From Octopus bimaculoides (Eukaryota): DNA of 46,271 nt. The DNA lies in NCBI RefSeq assembly GCF_001194135.2, contig NC_069002.1:13501856-13548126 (forward strand). The letters are read 5' to 3'. Under the pieces are notes generated by a model. The model was not told where the DNA came from. It saw nothing but the letters and a program-made list of their open reading frames with translations, and did no database searches. Below are positions 12,970 through 25,500 of the stretch, piece by piece (the stretch's first letter is position 1; the number at the start of each line of letters is the position of its first letter). The translations under genes and the position numbers were made by a program.

Positions 12970-13610
12970 TTATCGGTGGAGATGGAGTATATGTAATCTG
13001 GGTATACCCCCACTTTTAAATTTTGTTTTTTTTAACGGAATCCTATGTTTCAGACCATGGAGAATCCAATTCTGGAAAAAAAATTTTCAAAAATCTCAAT
13101 TTCAAAATTTCGATCCCCCCCCCCCGNNNNNNNNNNNNNNNNNNNNNNNNNNNNNNNNNNNNNNNNNNNNNNNNNNNNNNNNNNNNNNNNNNNNNNNNNN
13201 NNNNNNNNNNNNNNNNNNNNNNNNNNNNNNNNNNNNNNNNNNNNNNNNNNNNNNNNNNNNNNNNNNNNNNNNNNNNNNNNNNNNNNNNNNNNNNNNNNNN
13301 NNNNNNNNNNNNNNNNNNNNNNNNNNNNNNNNNNNNNNNNNNNNNNNNNNNNNNNNNNNNNNNNNNNNNNNNNNNNNNNNNNNNNNNNNNNNNNNNNNNN
13401 NNNNNNNNNNNNNNNNNNNNNNNNNNNNNNNNNNNNNNNNNNNNNNNNNNNNNNNNNNNNNNNNNNNNNNNNGGGAATTGAAATTTTTCAAAATTTTTTT
13501 TTTTCAGAATCGGAATCTCCATAGCCTAAAACGTGGGGTTCCGTAAAAAAAATTAATAAATAAGGGGGGGAAAGGTTCAGATTACATATAGTCCATCTCT
13601 ACCATTTTAT
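12970..13610. mobile_element. Long imperfect inverted repeats (MITE/foldback) flanking an N gap
   Basis: 12970-13126 is the approximate reverse complement of 13472-13610 (gagatggagtatatgtaatctg...acggaa..catggaga.tcc.attct). Confidence 0.7.
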
Positions 13611-13818
13611 CCATTAATTAATTTCTTAATGACTTTGTGTTCTTATTTCTTTCGTTTTTGTTGGTTGTTGTTATTGTTTATTCATAGTGTGTTCTTTTTC
13701 CTCGAAATTCAATAGTTACTGTGAAAAACTGGCTGTTATTTATAGAAAATCGTGACTAAGCTTTTTTGTTGTCTCACTTTATTGGTCAGATTGATGATAA
13801 TGATCGTACCTCCTTCAG

Positions 13819-13880
13819 CAGGGCCGGATTAAGACCCACCGAGGCCTTAAGCACTTACAAGATTTTGGTGCCCCCCACCC
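13819..13880 (+). mobile_element. hAT-like non-autonomous element end
   Basis: CAGGGCCGGATTAAG...gaggccttaagcac. A related CAGTGGCGGCCCG end lies at 18513. Confidence 0.5.
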
Positions 13881-13916
13881 CCAAAAGATTTTGTAATTCA
13901 AAATATAAATAATAAC

Positions 13917-14060
13917 GGTAAATTTTCAGATTAACACCCGCACGATTTTCACTAGGGTGTTAGGGTTACGGTTAGGGACGGAATTCCCTAACCCTAAAAC
14001 CCTAACCGTAACCCTAACACCCTAGTGAAAATCGTGCGGATGTTAATATGAAAATTAACC
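13917..14060. repeat. Near-perfect hairpin with head-to-head telomere-like TTAGGG repeats
   Basis: Arms 13921-13977 and 14000-14056 differ at 2 positions; 22-nt spacer. Reads ttagggttacggttaggg ... ccctaaccgtaaccctaa. Confidence 0.9.
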
Positions 14061-14316
14061 ATAATAACAAACCATAAAGTAAGATTTTATTTTTCAAAAC
14101 GAAACAAAACAGTAAGAGGGGAAAATAATGTTTATTTTTGTATACTTCCACTTTATTTATATTTGAAAAATTTCCTCCTACGTTTTTGAATTGCAAAGTC
14201 TTTGATCAGATCCTTAAAATTAATCTTAGGCAACACATCTGCATTTATACTTAGTAGAGATAAAGGCATCCCGATTATTATATTTTAGCAAGTTTAAAGT
14301 GATTTCTTTTGTGCCG

Positions 14317-14449
14317 TAGGGGAAAGCTACTGACATTAAGCTTAAGGATTATATAATGTACAAGTATAAAGAAAGAATTAAAGAAAAATGGACTCATTAT
14401 ATTGAATGTTATCGATAATATCGAGTGGAAATAGGGGGTGCTGCAGTTC
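14317..14449 (+). repeat. About 133-bp segment duplicated at 18662-18795
   Basis: taggggaaagctactgacattaagcttaaggattatataatgta...ggtgctgcagttc occurs at both sites in the same orientation, next to hAT-like ends. Confidence 0.85.
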
Positions 14450-14859
14450 CCATAGACAAACCACCACTGATCAGGAGGAAAACGCAGCAAGACAGAGAGG
14501 AAAATAAAACAGCTTCTGTGAACTAGTGATTACAATGTAGTTGTAAGTCTGTAAACAATCGGTCACATTACCAAAGACTTTTGTGTGTGCGCGCGCGTTG
14601 TGTAGCAGCCACACTTTCCCATCAAAGCAATCCTTTGACATATATGACATCATTCACTCACACAAACCTTCCCTCATAATATAGATAAAGAGGATGAAGG
14701 AACACCTCCCATAGGTATTAGTAATACTCCAGTATGGTTAGTACTTGAGCTTTGTTGAGGATCACAAACTGACCAGTGCTGGAGTACTCTGGGGGAAAGA
14801 AACCTATTCAACAAAATCGCTAAGTGTTCAAATTTTTGCGAGAGAGATATTGAGGTTCG

Positions 14860-14985
14860 TGGAGCCGCAAAGCGTGCAGCACCGTCGGCCTAGCGCACTG
14901 TATGCGGGCGGGCGCAGGCTGGGTGAAAACTGCGCGGTCGACTGCAGCAGCAGAGACGACAGGAGACGGCGGCGGCAGGATTAAG
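14860..14985. other. GC/CpG-rich island-like patch
   Basis: Locally very GC-rich (gcgggcgggcgc, ggcggcggc) against an AT-rich background. Function not determined. Confidence 0.45.
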
Positions 14986-15360
14986 AAATTAAACCAAACG
15001 AATCGACTTCAGTCCATGTTTTTCAAAGCCTGGTACCTATTCCATCGGTCTCTTTTGAAAATCACTAGATTATAAGGTTATAAATAAACCAGCACCAGTT
15101 GTCTAAGTAACAGTAGAGGACAAACACACACACACACATATATACAATGGGCTTCTTTCAGTTTCCGTCTACCAAACCAACTCACTCTGTTATCCCGGGA
15201 AAAGCACTGAACATTGCATAGTTCTTTACTAGGTCTTTGTCAATTTAGCAAAAGTTTTCAACACTGTTAATATGACTGGACCATTCTTGACAAATTTGAA
15301 TGTCCTCCTCAGGTTATCGACATGTTTAAGCAACTCAATAGTGATATGAAAGTGTAGTAA

Positions 15361-15393
15361 CGCCGTGCGCATGCGTAGTCTCACGCATGCGTG
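15361..15393. promoter_or_regulatory. Tandem NRF1/EWG-like palindromes
   Basis: TGCGCATGCGT 15366-15376 and the perfect palindrome CACGCATGCGTG 15382-15393 in a CpG-rich patch. Confidence 0.5.
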
Positions 15394-16093
15394 GAATTAA
15401 ACAACCAAGCGTTCCCGCTTCTATTCTATCTCTTTCTCGGTCGGCCGGCCATGAGCATGGACGTGTCAAGCAGTGTCTCCAACATTCCAGCCTGGAGACA
15501 GTCTCTTTCTTGCTGGCCAGCAATAGAGCATGGACGTGTTTAGCTGTCACTCTCCATCTTTCGGACTTACACTCGACAGCTCGCTTACATCTACATACCA
15601 ACGTCCTAACAACTATGCTCACACACACAGAAGCTGTAACAACAAACAAGAGCTAAAGATGTATATATATTTACCACCTGAATAAATGTTGTTTAAGTTG
15701 ATAGCCCGGAGTTCAGCGTACCGTTAATTTCTAATTTTATATAGGAAAGTCAGGTATACATCTAATGATGTATAACCAACTTTCCTATAAAAGTTTGTTT
15801 CAATATCAAAGATTTATTCTAGGAACCAATTTTCATCGATAATGGAGTTAAATAAGGTGATATTCTTACTTAAACATGGTTTTCCATATAGCTTACTGTG
15901 ACACTCTCATGCGTTTTCCTGGAGTGCGATATCAGTGTCTACATTCACTTCAGAATCACAGGTAAGATCTTTGATGTAACATGCTTCAACGCTAAATCAA
16001 AGACTTTCCAAGCCCTTGTTCGTGAACTTCTTTAAGTTGACAATGTTTTGTGGTTCATACTGAAGAAGACAAACAAACTATAATGGATCTCTT

Positions 16094-16180
16094 CTCTAGA
16101 GCAAAGGTTCTCAACCCATTTTGGCCAAAGGCCTCTTTTTGACCCTTGGAGTCACAAATGACCCTCTACAAAATATTTTT
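16094..16180 (+). mobile_element. hAT/Charlie-like end
   Basis: CAAAGGTTCTCAACC at 16102, directly after the 8-mer CTCTAGAG, which matches the Charlie NTCTAGAN target preference. Confidence 0.55.
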
Positions 16181-17291
16181 ATTTTTCAATGTACTACTTA
16201 TTTTGATGTCAGCAGATAATGATTAAAAAATAAAAGGACGTCATTTTACATATGTGTTTGTACGCAGTCGGGAATACAGGTGTACAAATTGAAATGCAAA
16301 AAAAACCGAAATAATGAATTGAAAGTATGGTAATTGCGTTTATTTCCACCACGCGACACTTATGAGATCAACGTGTTGTCTATCGAAAGAGTGCTCTTTG
16401 GTACAAGTAGATGCTGATGAAATTTCAAACCTTTCTGATTTCCCTTATCAAAACAGCTAGAACTTGTGCAACAATCTGACATATAAGTAATTGTCATCCA
16501 GGAAGAGGATTTTTAATACTCAAGAAAGAGAGTGTATTTGATAGAAATTGTTGAAATACATATGTACTTCATATGAGTAGCAAATTGTGGAGGATAGTAT
16601 TCACTGTACTTAAATTTAGTTTGTTTGAGTCACAAAATCCGCCCCCTTTTAAAATGACGCAAAAAAAAAAAACCCCTGAAAATTTGTCATATCAGACATT
16701 CATTTCTTATTCAGGATCTAGTTTGTTTCATTCACAAAATCTGCATTTTTTAAAAGGAAGTAAAAAATCTGAAAATTGGTTATCCTGATGCAGTTTTCCA
16801 CGCTGATTCCTATGAAGCCATGAATTTCTGATGGAAGATCGAATGGTTGTAAAGTATTTGAAGCATGGAGAATCAAACAATCCATTTTGACAAGGGTACT
16901 TGGTAACTATGTGGTAACTATGTCTCAGACATTTTTCTGTCTGAAAATATTTATAACATGTCCAGTAGGATCTGTTCATCTAAAGCCGGACTTGCTAGTC
17001 ATAGAACACACGACTGCATTTACTAAGTGAAGAAGTAGCCGTCACAAAAAAAGGCACTATATCACATATCAAACAATTTTAAACTTATTTCTCTTTATAT
17101 GACATTCATTAGTTATAATATACGTAATTGTATTCTACAGTCATTAATATCATGTTCCAGTAACAATGTTGTGTGAAACTTAAAACTACTGATATAGGAA
17201 ATTATAGAGCTAAAAAGAAAAATTGTTGGAAAGGCGCCAATTTTGAAAAATGTGCCCTTTCTTAATTGTATAATTTTTAATAGTTTTCTAC

Positions 17292-17590
17292 TTTCAACAA
17301 GATGGTGCACCACCCCAGTAAGGGTAAAACGTTCAGAAATGGTTAAATCTTAATTTTGAGGTGAAGTGGGTAGGACAACGTGGAGCAATTGAGTGGTTAT
17401 CACGATCATCAGACCTAACACCATCTGACATTTTTTTGTGGGTGTAGTGAAAGATCTTCTTCACTCCCTCAAACCGAAAACAATTCATAAATTTAAACAA
17501 GCAATTTCTGATAAATTTTCTGCAATTAACGTGGAAATGTGTCAAAAGGTTTGTAGGGTTCAACAGCGTACTGATAACGAAGTGGAGCGT
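17292..17590 (+). pseudogene. Decayed Tc1/mariner transposase, DD41D (rosa/VS-like)
   Basis: FQQDGAPPQ*G*NVQKWLNLNFEVKWVGQRGAIEWLSRSSDLTPSDIFLW: 41 residues between the second and third catalytic Asp positions, with in-frame stops. Confidence 0.8.
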
Positions 17591-19640
17591 TTTGAACATT
17601 TTGATTAATTTTTTTTATCGTAATGAATTACGTTATTTTGATGTTGCAACTTCCTACCCTACAACCATGTTTGCATCTATCCACACAGTCACACTTGACA
17701 TTCACTTTCTTACAAGATAACAAGGTGAATGCCCTTCATCAAAAGGAGCGCTGCATTCCCGTAAAAGAACCATTATAGTAGAAATTCTGATTCGTCAGAA
17801 ATAGCGCGCAGTAATTTTTTTTTCTTTTTTTATACTAAATGCCTTTGAAAGTATTTTAAAACACTCCTTATTGGTTACGATATTGAATTTCCCCCATCAG
17901 TATCATTCTGAAGTCATATGTTTGTATACTTATCTCATTCTGGCGTCATTATTTTATCGTGCCTACGTCATGTTTCGAGTGTTCCACTAAAACTGAAAGT
18001 TGTTTTTCAAATTTTTTGTTTTTATCTGGGCAGTTTACGCGGAGTCGTTATAATGGACATAATGCTTTCATTGTCTGAGGAGTTGTTTTTCTTTTTTTTC
18101 CTAATATAAAGGATACGAAAAAGAAAAAAAAATGTTGCGAATCGCTTAGTCAATTGGGATCTTTCTGATTTGACGGGCAACACTTGTTTTCTTAACGAAA
18201 CACTTTCAAACTTGGGATACTGGTAGAATGTGTCATATAAAACAACTTTTTCTCTTAGCCTTCTTAACAAAAAATTGTACATCGCAAGTTATTTCATGTT
18301 AAAGTTGTTGTAAGAAAGATCCGTCAATTGCTTCTGGATTAATTAATTACTAATAAAATACTATCAGGAATATGAATGTCCATAGCTTCACAATTGTTGT
18401 AAACACGGACGAAGCCCCCCCCCCCNNNNNNNNNNNNNNNNNNNNNNNNNNNNNNNNNNNNNNNNNNNNNNNNNNNNNNNNNNNNNNNNNNNNNNNNNNN
18501 NGAACTGAAAAACAGTGGCGGCCCGTAGATAAAATTAGTGGGGGGTGCTGCTTCAGAAAATTTTTAGCTGTTGTTTTAATATTGTGTAAAAGGAAACAAA
18601 CAAAAAGAAAACTGAAGCGCACAGTTCTATACAAGGGTTTTTTGTTTTTTTTTTCATAAACTAGGGGAAAGCTACTGACATTAAGCTTAAGGATTATATA
18701 ATGTATAAGTATAAAGAAAGAATTTTTTTAAAAAGGGACGTATTATATTGAATGTTATTGATAATATCGAATGCAAATAGACGGTGCTGCAGTTCTGCAG
18801 TGCCTATACACGAGCTGCCACAGTTGAAAAGTGAAAGTCAAATAGAAAAGATCCACAACAACTGGGTTTCACTTTTCAAAAACGAAAATAATTCAGTGAA
18901 AAGAAATATACTTTACAAAAATGTCAAAGAAAACAACCAAAATATCCATTCGTTTCTAAAAACAAAAAAACATAGACGATGGCTGGAAAGCAGTCTTTCA
19001 AGATAGCAATAAACGGGTAAAAGCAGAAAATATAACCGAAAATATTCTTTCGTTTTTTTTTTTAAAAAAAGCTATTAACTTTTTATTTATTAATTTATGG
19101 TAAAAACGAACTTCATTTCCACAACATCCGAAATTACATCAATACAATTAATTTGACATCGATTGGAACAAAATTAAAGGAATTGAAAGTGGAAGCCTAA
19201 CAAAAGATCCGTTTATCATTCATATATTTTCTTTTACAATATCCTGTTCATCACGTGTCTCCTTAGATATTTCCTTGGACTAGTGACCCACCTACGATTA
19301 AAATTTATGGAAATTACTAAAAGAAAACTTTCATAACAAAGTTATATTGGACAATGTTTCTACTCACGATATATTTTAATCCTGACAGATGTTTGTGGCT
19401 GTGTAGAAGGAAGTTTGCTTATCGATCACTATAGCCTCAGAATATTTTTATTATGATCACGAGGGATCGAAAACACAGATGGGTACAATACAGGACAAAC
19501 AAATAAACAAAATGTGCGAGTTCTATGATATAATTTTTTTTTAAATTACGATAGTCTTAATATGTACAATATATGTTCATTGACTTTTTTTTTTTTCCTC
19601 TTTCAATTATACAGGCATACATATGCGTATACACACACAC

Positions 19641-19685
<45 letters not shown>

Positions 19686-19948
19686 CACACATACACATAT
19701 ATATATACACCCACACATACATATACACACATATCCATACCTACACATACACACGCATATACCTAAACACGTATATAAAATAACAAAAAAATTGGGTTTT
19801 TCAACCCGGCAGCCTATAAGGCCCAGCAGCTTGCCTTTTATTATTTTCGATGATTAGTTTGGGTGACTTACACCCACCTTTTTCACCACTTCCTTCCATC
19901 TCTGCTCATATACTCTGGCTGACAGGGTTATCGATCACTATAGCCTCA

Positions 19949-20134
19949 GACCGACCAAAGCCTAGTGAGTAGATTTCATAGGGGAAGAAGCCCCCATATG
20001 TCATGTCTGTGTGTGTGTATATATATATATATATATGCCCCAGCAGGGCCATATATATATATGGGTGTATGGAAAGTTTTGAGCGTTATGGGCCTCTTCC
20101 CCTATCAAATCTACTCACTAGGCTTTGGTCGGTC
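19949..20134. repeat. 45-bp inverted SINE fragments beside the promoter module
   Basis: 19949-19993 vs 20090-20134, 2 mismatches. Confidence 0.85.
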
Positions 20135-20149
20135 AGAAAAAACACTCTC

Positions 20150-20244
20150 TCACGTGACCTTATCAGAAGGCCGCGATTGGTTGATGTTCACCCTGGCGCG
20201 AAACAGAACTGGAGACAAATGCCGCGCAAATAAGAGCCAATCAG
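20150..20244. promoter_or_regulatory. Promoter-like module: E-box, two CCAAT boxes, two E2F-like sites
   Basis: TCACGTGACC 20150-20159, ATTGG 20176-20180, TGGCGCGAAA 20194-20203 (= TTTCGCGCCA), GCCGCGCAAA 20221-20230 and AGCCAATCAG 20235-20244, all within 95 bp of CpG-rich unique sequence. Confidence 0.7.
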
Positions 20245-21074
20245 GGTGATGGACACAACAGGGTCTAAGCGGCCGAAAGCTGGATGTTAGCCGCTATGTT
20301 TGCATTTGTAAATAAATATCCGAGAGAGAGGTTTCACAACACCCCTTTAACGTGGTGCTCCAGCATAGCTGCAGTCAAATGATTGACACAAGTAAAAGAA
20401 TACAGGAAGTTTTTGGGCTCAATACTCTCGAAACGACTACATCAGAGACAATGATATCAGCAACAAACAACCTGTTGATCCAACCAAGATGGGATAAAAA
20501 ATAATATTGGTTTCATATTTTGGTACCAGGCCAGCAAGTTCAGGAGGAGGGAGTAAGTTAATTACATCAACACCCTGTGTTTAAGTGGTACTTATTTTTA
20601 TTGACACCCAAAGGATGAAAGGCTAAGTTGACCTTGGCAGAATTTGAACCCAGAACACGAAGATGGATGAAATGTTAAGCATTTTCCCTGGCATGCTAAT
20701 GATTCTTCCAGCTCACCGCTTAGTCTTATAAGAATCACAACACCTGAAAGGTTGAGGATAGTTACAGCCAATAGAATTGCACCCAAGTCAACCTAATTAG
20801 CTCTACTCATATAGGTATAAACTGTATACTTATGTACTAGTGGTAAATAGACTGTGATATCCTAGCAGACCCAAGAATTTAGAATTGAATTTATCAAACT
20901 GGTCAGCCTAGTATCTAGTTTGTGTGTGTGTCAAATTTTACGAAATGTTTAGTCTCTGGCATGTAACCTGGACAGCCATAAATAATGGCTAAAAAAAAAA
21001 TAATAACAAACAGGTACTGGAATGGCTGTGTTCTTTGGAACCACATGATTTCAGGTTCAGTTCCACTGCATGGT

Positions 21075-21330
21075 ATGGAGGCATGTGGCTTAGTGGTTAG
21101 GTGTCAGCATCATGATCGTAAGATTGTGGTTTCGATTCCTGGACCGGGCAACGCGTTGTGTTTTTGACGAAAACACTTCATTTCACGTTGCTCTAGTCCA
21201 CTCAGTTGGCAAAAATGAGTAACGCTGCGATGGACTTGCGTCCCGTCCAGCTGGGGAACACATACGCCATAGAAATCGGGAAACCGAGCCCATGAATTTG
21301 GTTAGGCTTTAAAAAGGGCGCATTTATTTT
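21075..21330 (+). mobile_element. tRNA-derived SINE, family C
   Basis: A-box tggcttagtggttagg and B-box ggtttcgattcct, followed by a non-tRNA body. There is no tRNA 3' end, so it is not a tRNA gene. Confidence 0.75.
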
Positions 21331-22274
21331 ATTTTTTTCCACTGCATGGTACCTTGGACAAATGTCTTCTTCATAGTTCCAACCAATGCTTTGTGAGTGA
21401 ATTTGGTAGCTGGAAAGCTACAAAAGACTGTCATGTATATGTGTGTATGTATATGTGTGTGTGTGTGTTCATCCAATTGCTTGACAAGTGGTGTTGGTTT
21501 GTTTACCTCCCCATAACTTAATGTTGTGGCAAAAGATACCAACAGAACAAGTAGTAGACTTAAAAGGCAAAATTTTTTCAAGTAAACTGTTAAAGGTGAT
21601 ACCCAGTTACAGCCGCAGTCCAATGACTGAAACAAGAAAAAAAAAAATTTTTTTAAAAAAAGCATATTTTTTAAGTTGCTTAGTAACTGGATTATACATG
21701 ACTTGTATTCAGTAGCAACGCTGTTTATATATAAGCCTTACACGTGTGAAAAAAGAGTCACACTTTTCCTGCTGTTTCAAGCAGGTCAAGAGATTGTAAA
21801 GAGACTAGTTCATGTTGCTGGAATGTCTTTGATAGTATTTGAGCTGTTACTGACATGCACTTAGTAGCAGTATGAGGTGAACAATGACAATTATCGTGTA
21901 TGGGCAATACAGCAATGGACCAATCAATTGTTGAAAGATTAAGAGTGGAGGTGTATAAGTTAAGGGGATTGATGGTAAAGGAAATGGTGGAGGTAAGTGA
22001 CAAAAAGGGTGTATGACATCAGTAGAGCCAAGAAGGAAGGGGATATAGTTAAGTGGAGAAGAATGTAGTGAGATAAATTAAAAGTTTAATCACTTCAAAC
22101 TACATATGTAATGTAGAGAAAAAGACATAAGCATTAATGACAATTCTTGTCGGGAAAGGGGAGTGAAAATTTGTCGGGGTTTTGTATTGATTACACCTAT
22201 TTGAATAGAATTAGGGTTAGACCACACACTAAGGTGTACTTGATCTGGTAGACTGTTTGCTAAAATGCCATTAA

Positions 22275-22632
22275 ATCATGATGGCACCTGTGCCCAGCGT
22301 CGCCTTTCTGGCACTTGTTCCGCTGACACGTGTAAAGACTTTCGAGCGAGATCGTTGCCAGTGCCGCTGGACTGGCTCTTGTGCAGGTGGCACATAAAAT
22401 ACACCATTTTGAGCGTGGCCGTTGCCAGTACCGCCTGACTGGCCTTCGTGCCGGTGACACGTAAAAGCACCCACTACACTCTGAGTGGTTGGCGTTAGGA
22501 AGGGCATCCAGCTGTAGAAACTCTGCCAAATCAGATTGAAGCCTGGTGTAGCCATCTGGTTCACCAGTCCTCAGTCAAATAGTCCAACCCATGCTAGCAT
22601 GGAAAGCGGACGTTAAACAATGATGATGATAT
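22275..22632 (+). mobile_element. RTE-tailed SINE/short element copy
   Basis: Near-identical to 1501-1865. Confidence 0.85.
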
Positions 22633-24530
22633 TAAGATGGCAAGCTGGCTGAATCATTTGTATATTGGACCAGTTGAGCACAGGGTCAGTCAGTTCCTGA
22701 CTAATAATGATAATGATGATTTCTTCATTGACCACAAACCAGCTTAAATTAAGAAAAACATTAGGGACAGTAACAGGACAAAATAGAATGTGTGTGTATT
22801 TGTTGTTGCGAGGGTTTTGCATGTAAACAGGTTTAATGTAATAAAAGATAATTCCAATTTTTGGTATAAGGCCAGGAATTTTAGGGGAAGAGGAAGTTGA
22901 TCACAATGGCCCTTTTGCTCAACTGGTACCTATTCTATAAATCATGAAAGGATGAAAAGCCAAGCTGACCTCAGCAGCAATAATAATAATCCTTTCTACT
23001 AAAGGCACAAGGCCTGAAATTCAGGGTGGGTGGGTGACTAGTTGATTACAATGACCCCAATGTTTAATTTATCGACCCTGAAAGGGAATCTGAAAATAAA
23101 AATAATAATAAGAGCAGCAATTTGGGGGGAGGGGATGAGTTGATTACATCCCCCTCCCCATGTTCAACTGCTATGTATTTTATCGATGCTGAAAGGATGA
23201 AATGTAAAGTCGACCTTGGTGGAATTTGAACTCAGAATGTAGCAATGGACAAAATACCACTAGGCATTTTGTCCAGTGCGCTATCGATTCTGCTAGCTTG
23301 TCACCTTAGTAACAATAATCCTTTCTACTAAAAGCACAAAGCCTGAAATTTTTTGGATGAGAAGTTAAGTCAATTACATCGATCCCAGTACTCAACTGGT
23401 ACTTATTTTATTGACCCCCAAAAGGATGGAAAGCAAAGTGAGCCTTGGCAGTATTTGAACCCAGAACGTAAGGACAGACAAAATACTACCAAGTATTTTG
23501 CCCTGTGTGTTGATTTTCCTGTCTTGCCAGCTTAAATAATAATAAGAAGAAGTGGGAGGAGTAAGGGGAAAGTGAAATGTTAAAATGAAAGTAGTCAGTT
23601 CTTGGAAAAAGCATTTGTTAGTGCTTTTTAGAATACATTATAAAACCAGAGTTGTAATCCAGAGAGACAATTCTGAAATATCTAAGGACTTGCGATATAT
23701 ATATATATATTTTGATGATTGTGGGAGAAACAAAGAAAAGAAAAACAAACAGGTTCTGTATAAAACATTGTTTTCAAAAAATAAGAGTTTCCTGAAAAAA
23801 AAAGTAGAACAAAAAAAACATTTATGATAGTTCACTAGTGTGTGTATGTGTATAAACACATTAAATATTAGTTTTTCCTCTATTTGTGCACCTGAGTTCA
23901 TGCAGATGTGTTTGTTGTGCATGATTACAAGAATAGTTGTTGTAAACATTAAGCCTTTAGCATTCAGATTCCTGTCTCAAATGTAAGGCTTAATTATTCA
24001 CATTGTGTTGAATTAATCATGCATTATTTGACAGATTTGAAATTTCAATGATATTCTTTAAATCCTTTACTTGTTTCAGTCATTTATCTCCAACCATGCT
24101 GGAGCACTACCTTGATGGGTTTTAGTCGCACAACTAGTACTTATTCTATCAGTCCCTTTTGCTGGACTGCTAAGTTATGGGGATGTAAACACACCAACAC
24201 CAGTTGTCAAGTGGTGATGGAGGGACAAACCATCCTGTATAATATGTATGTCATTATCCAGTTTTATTTCAAGATTTCTTGCCAATAGAGAAAGACCTGG
24301 TTTCTAACCTTAATCCAAGGCTCCTTCATTGGAATTAGAGCATCAACAGGGTGTCTTTGTTTGTATGTGTATATATGTGCAGTATTTGTTGTAGTATTAT
24401 GTATGTATTCTCATGCCTATAGTTGCATACATACATGTGTAGAATGAAGTTTGCTTACCGATCACTATAGCCTCGGGCTGACCAAAGCCTAGTGAGTAGA
24501 TTTGATAGAGGAAGAAGCCTGTAATGTCAT

Positions 24531-24576
<46 letters not shown>

Positions 24577-24589
24577 TCANNNNNNNNNN

Positions 24590-25500
24590 TCATCATCATC
24601 GTTTAACATCCGCTTTCCATGCTGGCATGGGTTGAATGGTTTGATTGGAGACTGGCAAGCTAGGAGTGTGCACCAGGCTCCAATCTGATCTGGGAATGTT
24701 TCTACAGCTGGATGCCCTTCCTAATGCCAACCACTCCGAGAATGTAACGGGTACTTTTTACGTGCCACCAGCATGGGAGCCAATCATGTGGCACTGGCAT
24801 TGGCCATGTTCAGATGGTGCTTTTTACATGTCACTGGCATGGGGAGCCAGTCAGGTGGCACTGGCAATGACCCACACATGAATGGTGCTTATTGCATGTC
24901 ACCAGTATGGGAGCCAGTCAGGCGGCACTGGCATTGGCCACAACTACAATTTNNNNNNNNNNTGGGAGCCAGTCAGGCGGCACTGGCATTGGCCACAACT
25001 ACAATTTCCATTTGATTGTGATTTGATTTTACTTGACTCAATAGGTCTCCTCAAGCATGGCATGTCGCCCGACGATTCAAAGTACTTTTTAAATGGACTG
25101 GTTATGCAACACTGATGTAGACCCTGATCTCACTTTACTTGCTGGGTCTTCTCAACCACTGCATATCTCCAGGGGTCTCGGTCTTTCATCATTGCCTCTA
25201 TGAGGCCCAATGTTCAAAGGTCATGCTTCACCACTTCATCCCATGTCTTCTTGGATCTCTCTCTTCCACGGGTTCCTTCCACTGTTAGAGAGTGACACTT
25301 CTTCACACAGCTCTCCTCATCCATATGCAGCACATGACCATACTAGTGCAGACGTCTCTCTTGAACACCACATCTGATGCTTCTTATATCCAGTATTTCT
25401 CTCAGGGTGCTTACACTCTATTGTGTGAACACACTGACATTACACATCCAACAGATCATACTTGCTTCATTTCTTTCAAGCCTACGCATGTATGTCTTCA
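24590..25500 (-). mobile_element. RTE-tailed element with upstream RTE fragment
   Basis: Reverse complement of the 9490-10355 structure, more diverged. Confidence 0.75.

Noticed and set aside
16270-16450. Possible Tc1 right end on the minus strand
   Set aside because: Too decayed to read a continuous motif or a matching TIR.
21075-21150. tRNA gene
   Set aside because: A and B boxes are present, but there is no acceptor stem closure and it continues into a SINE body.
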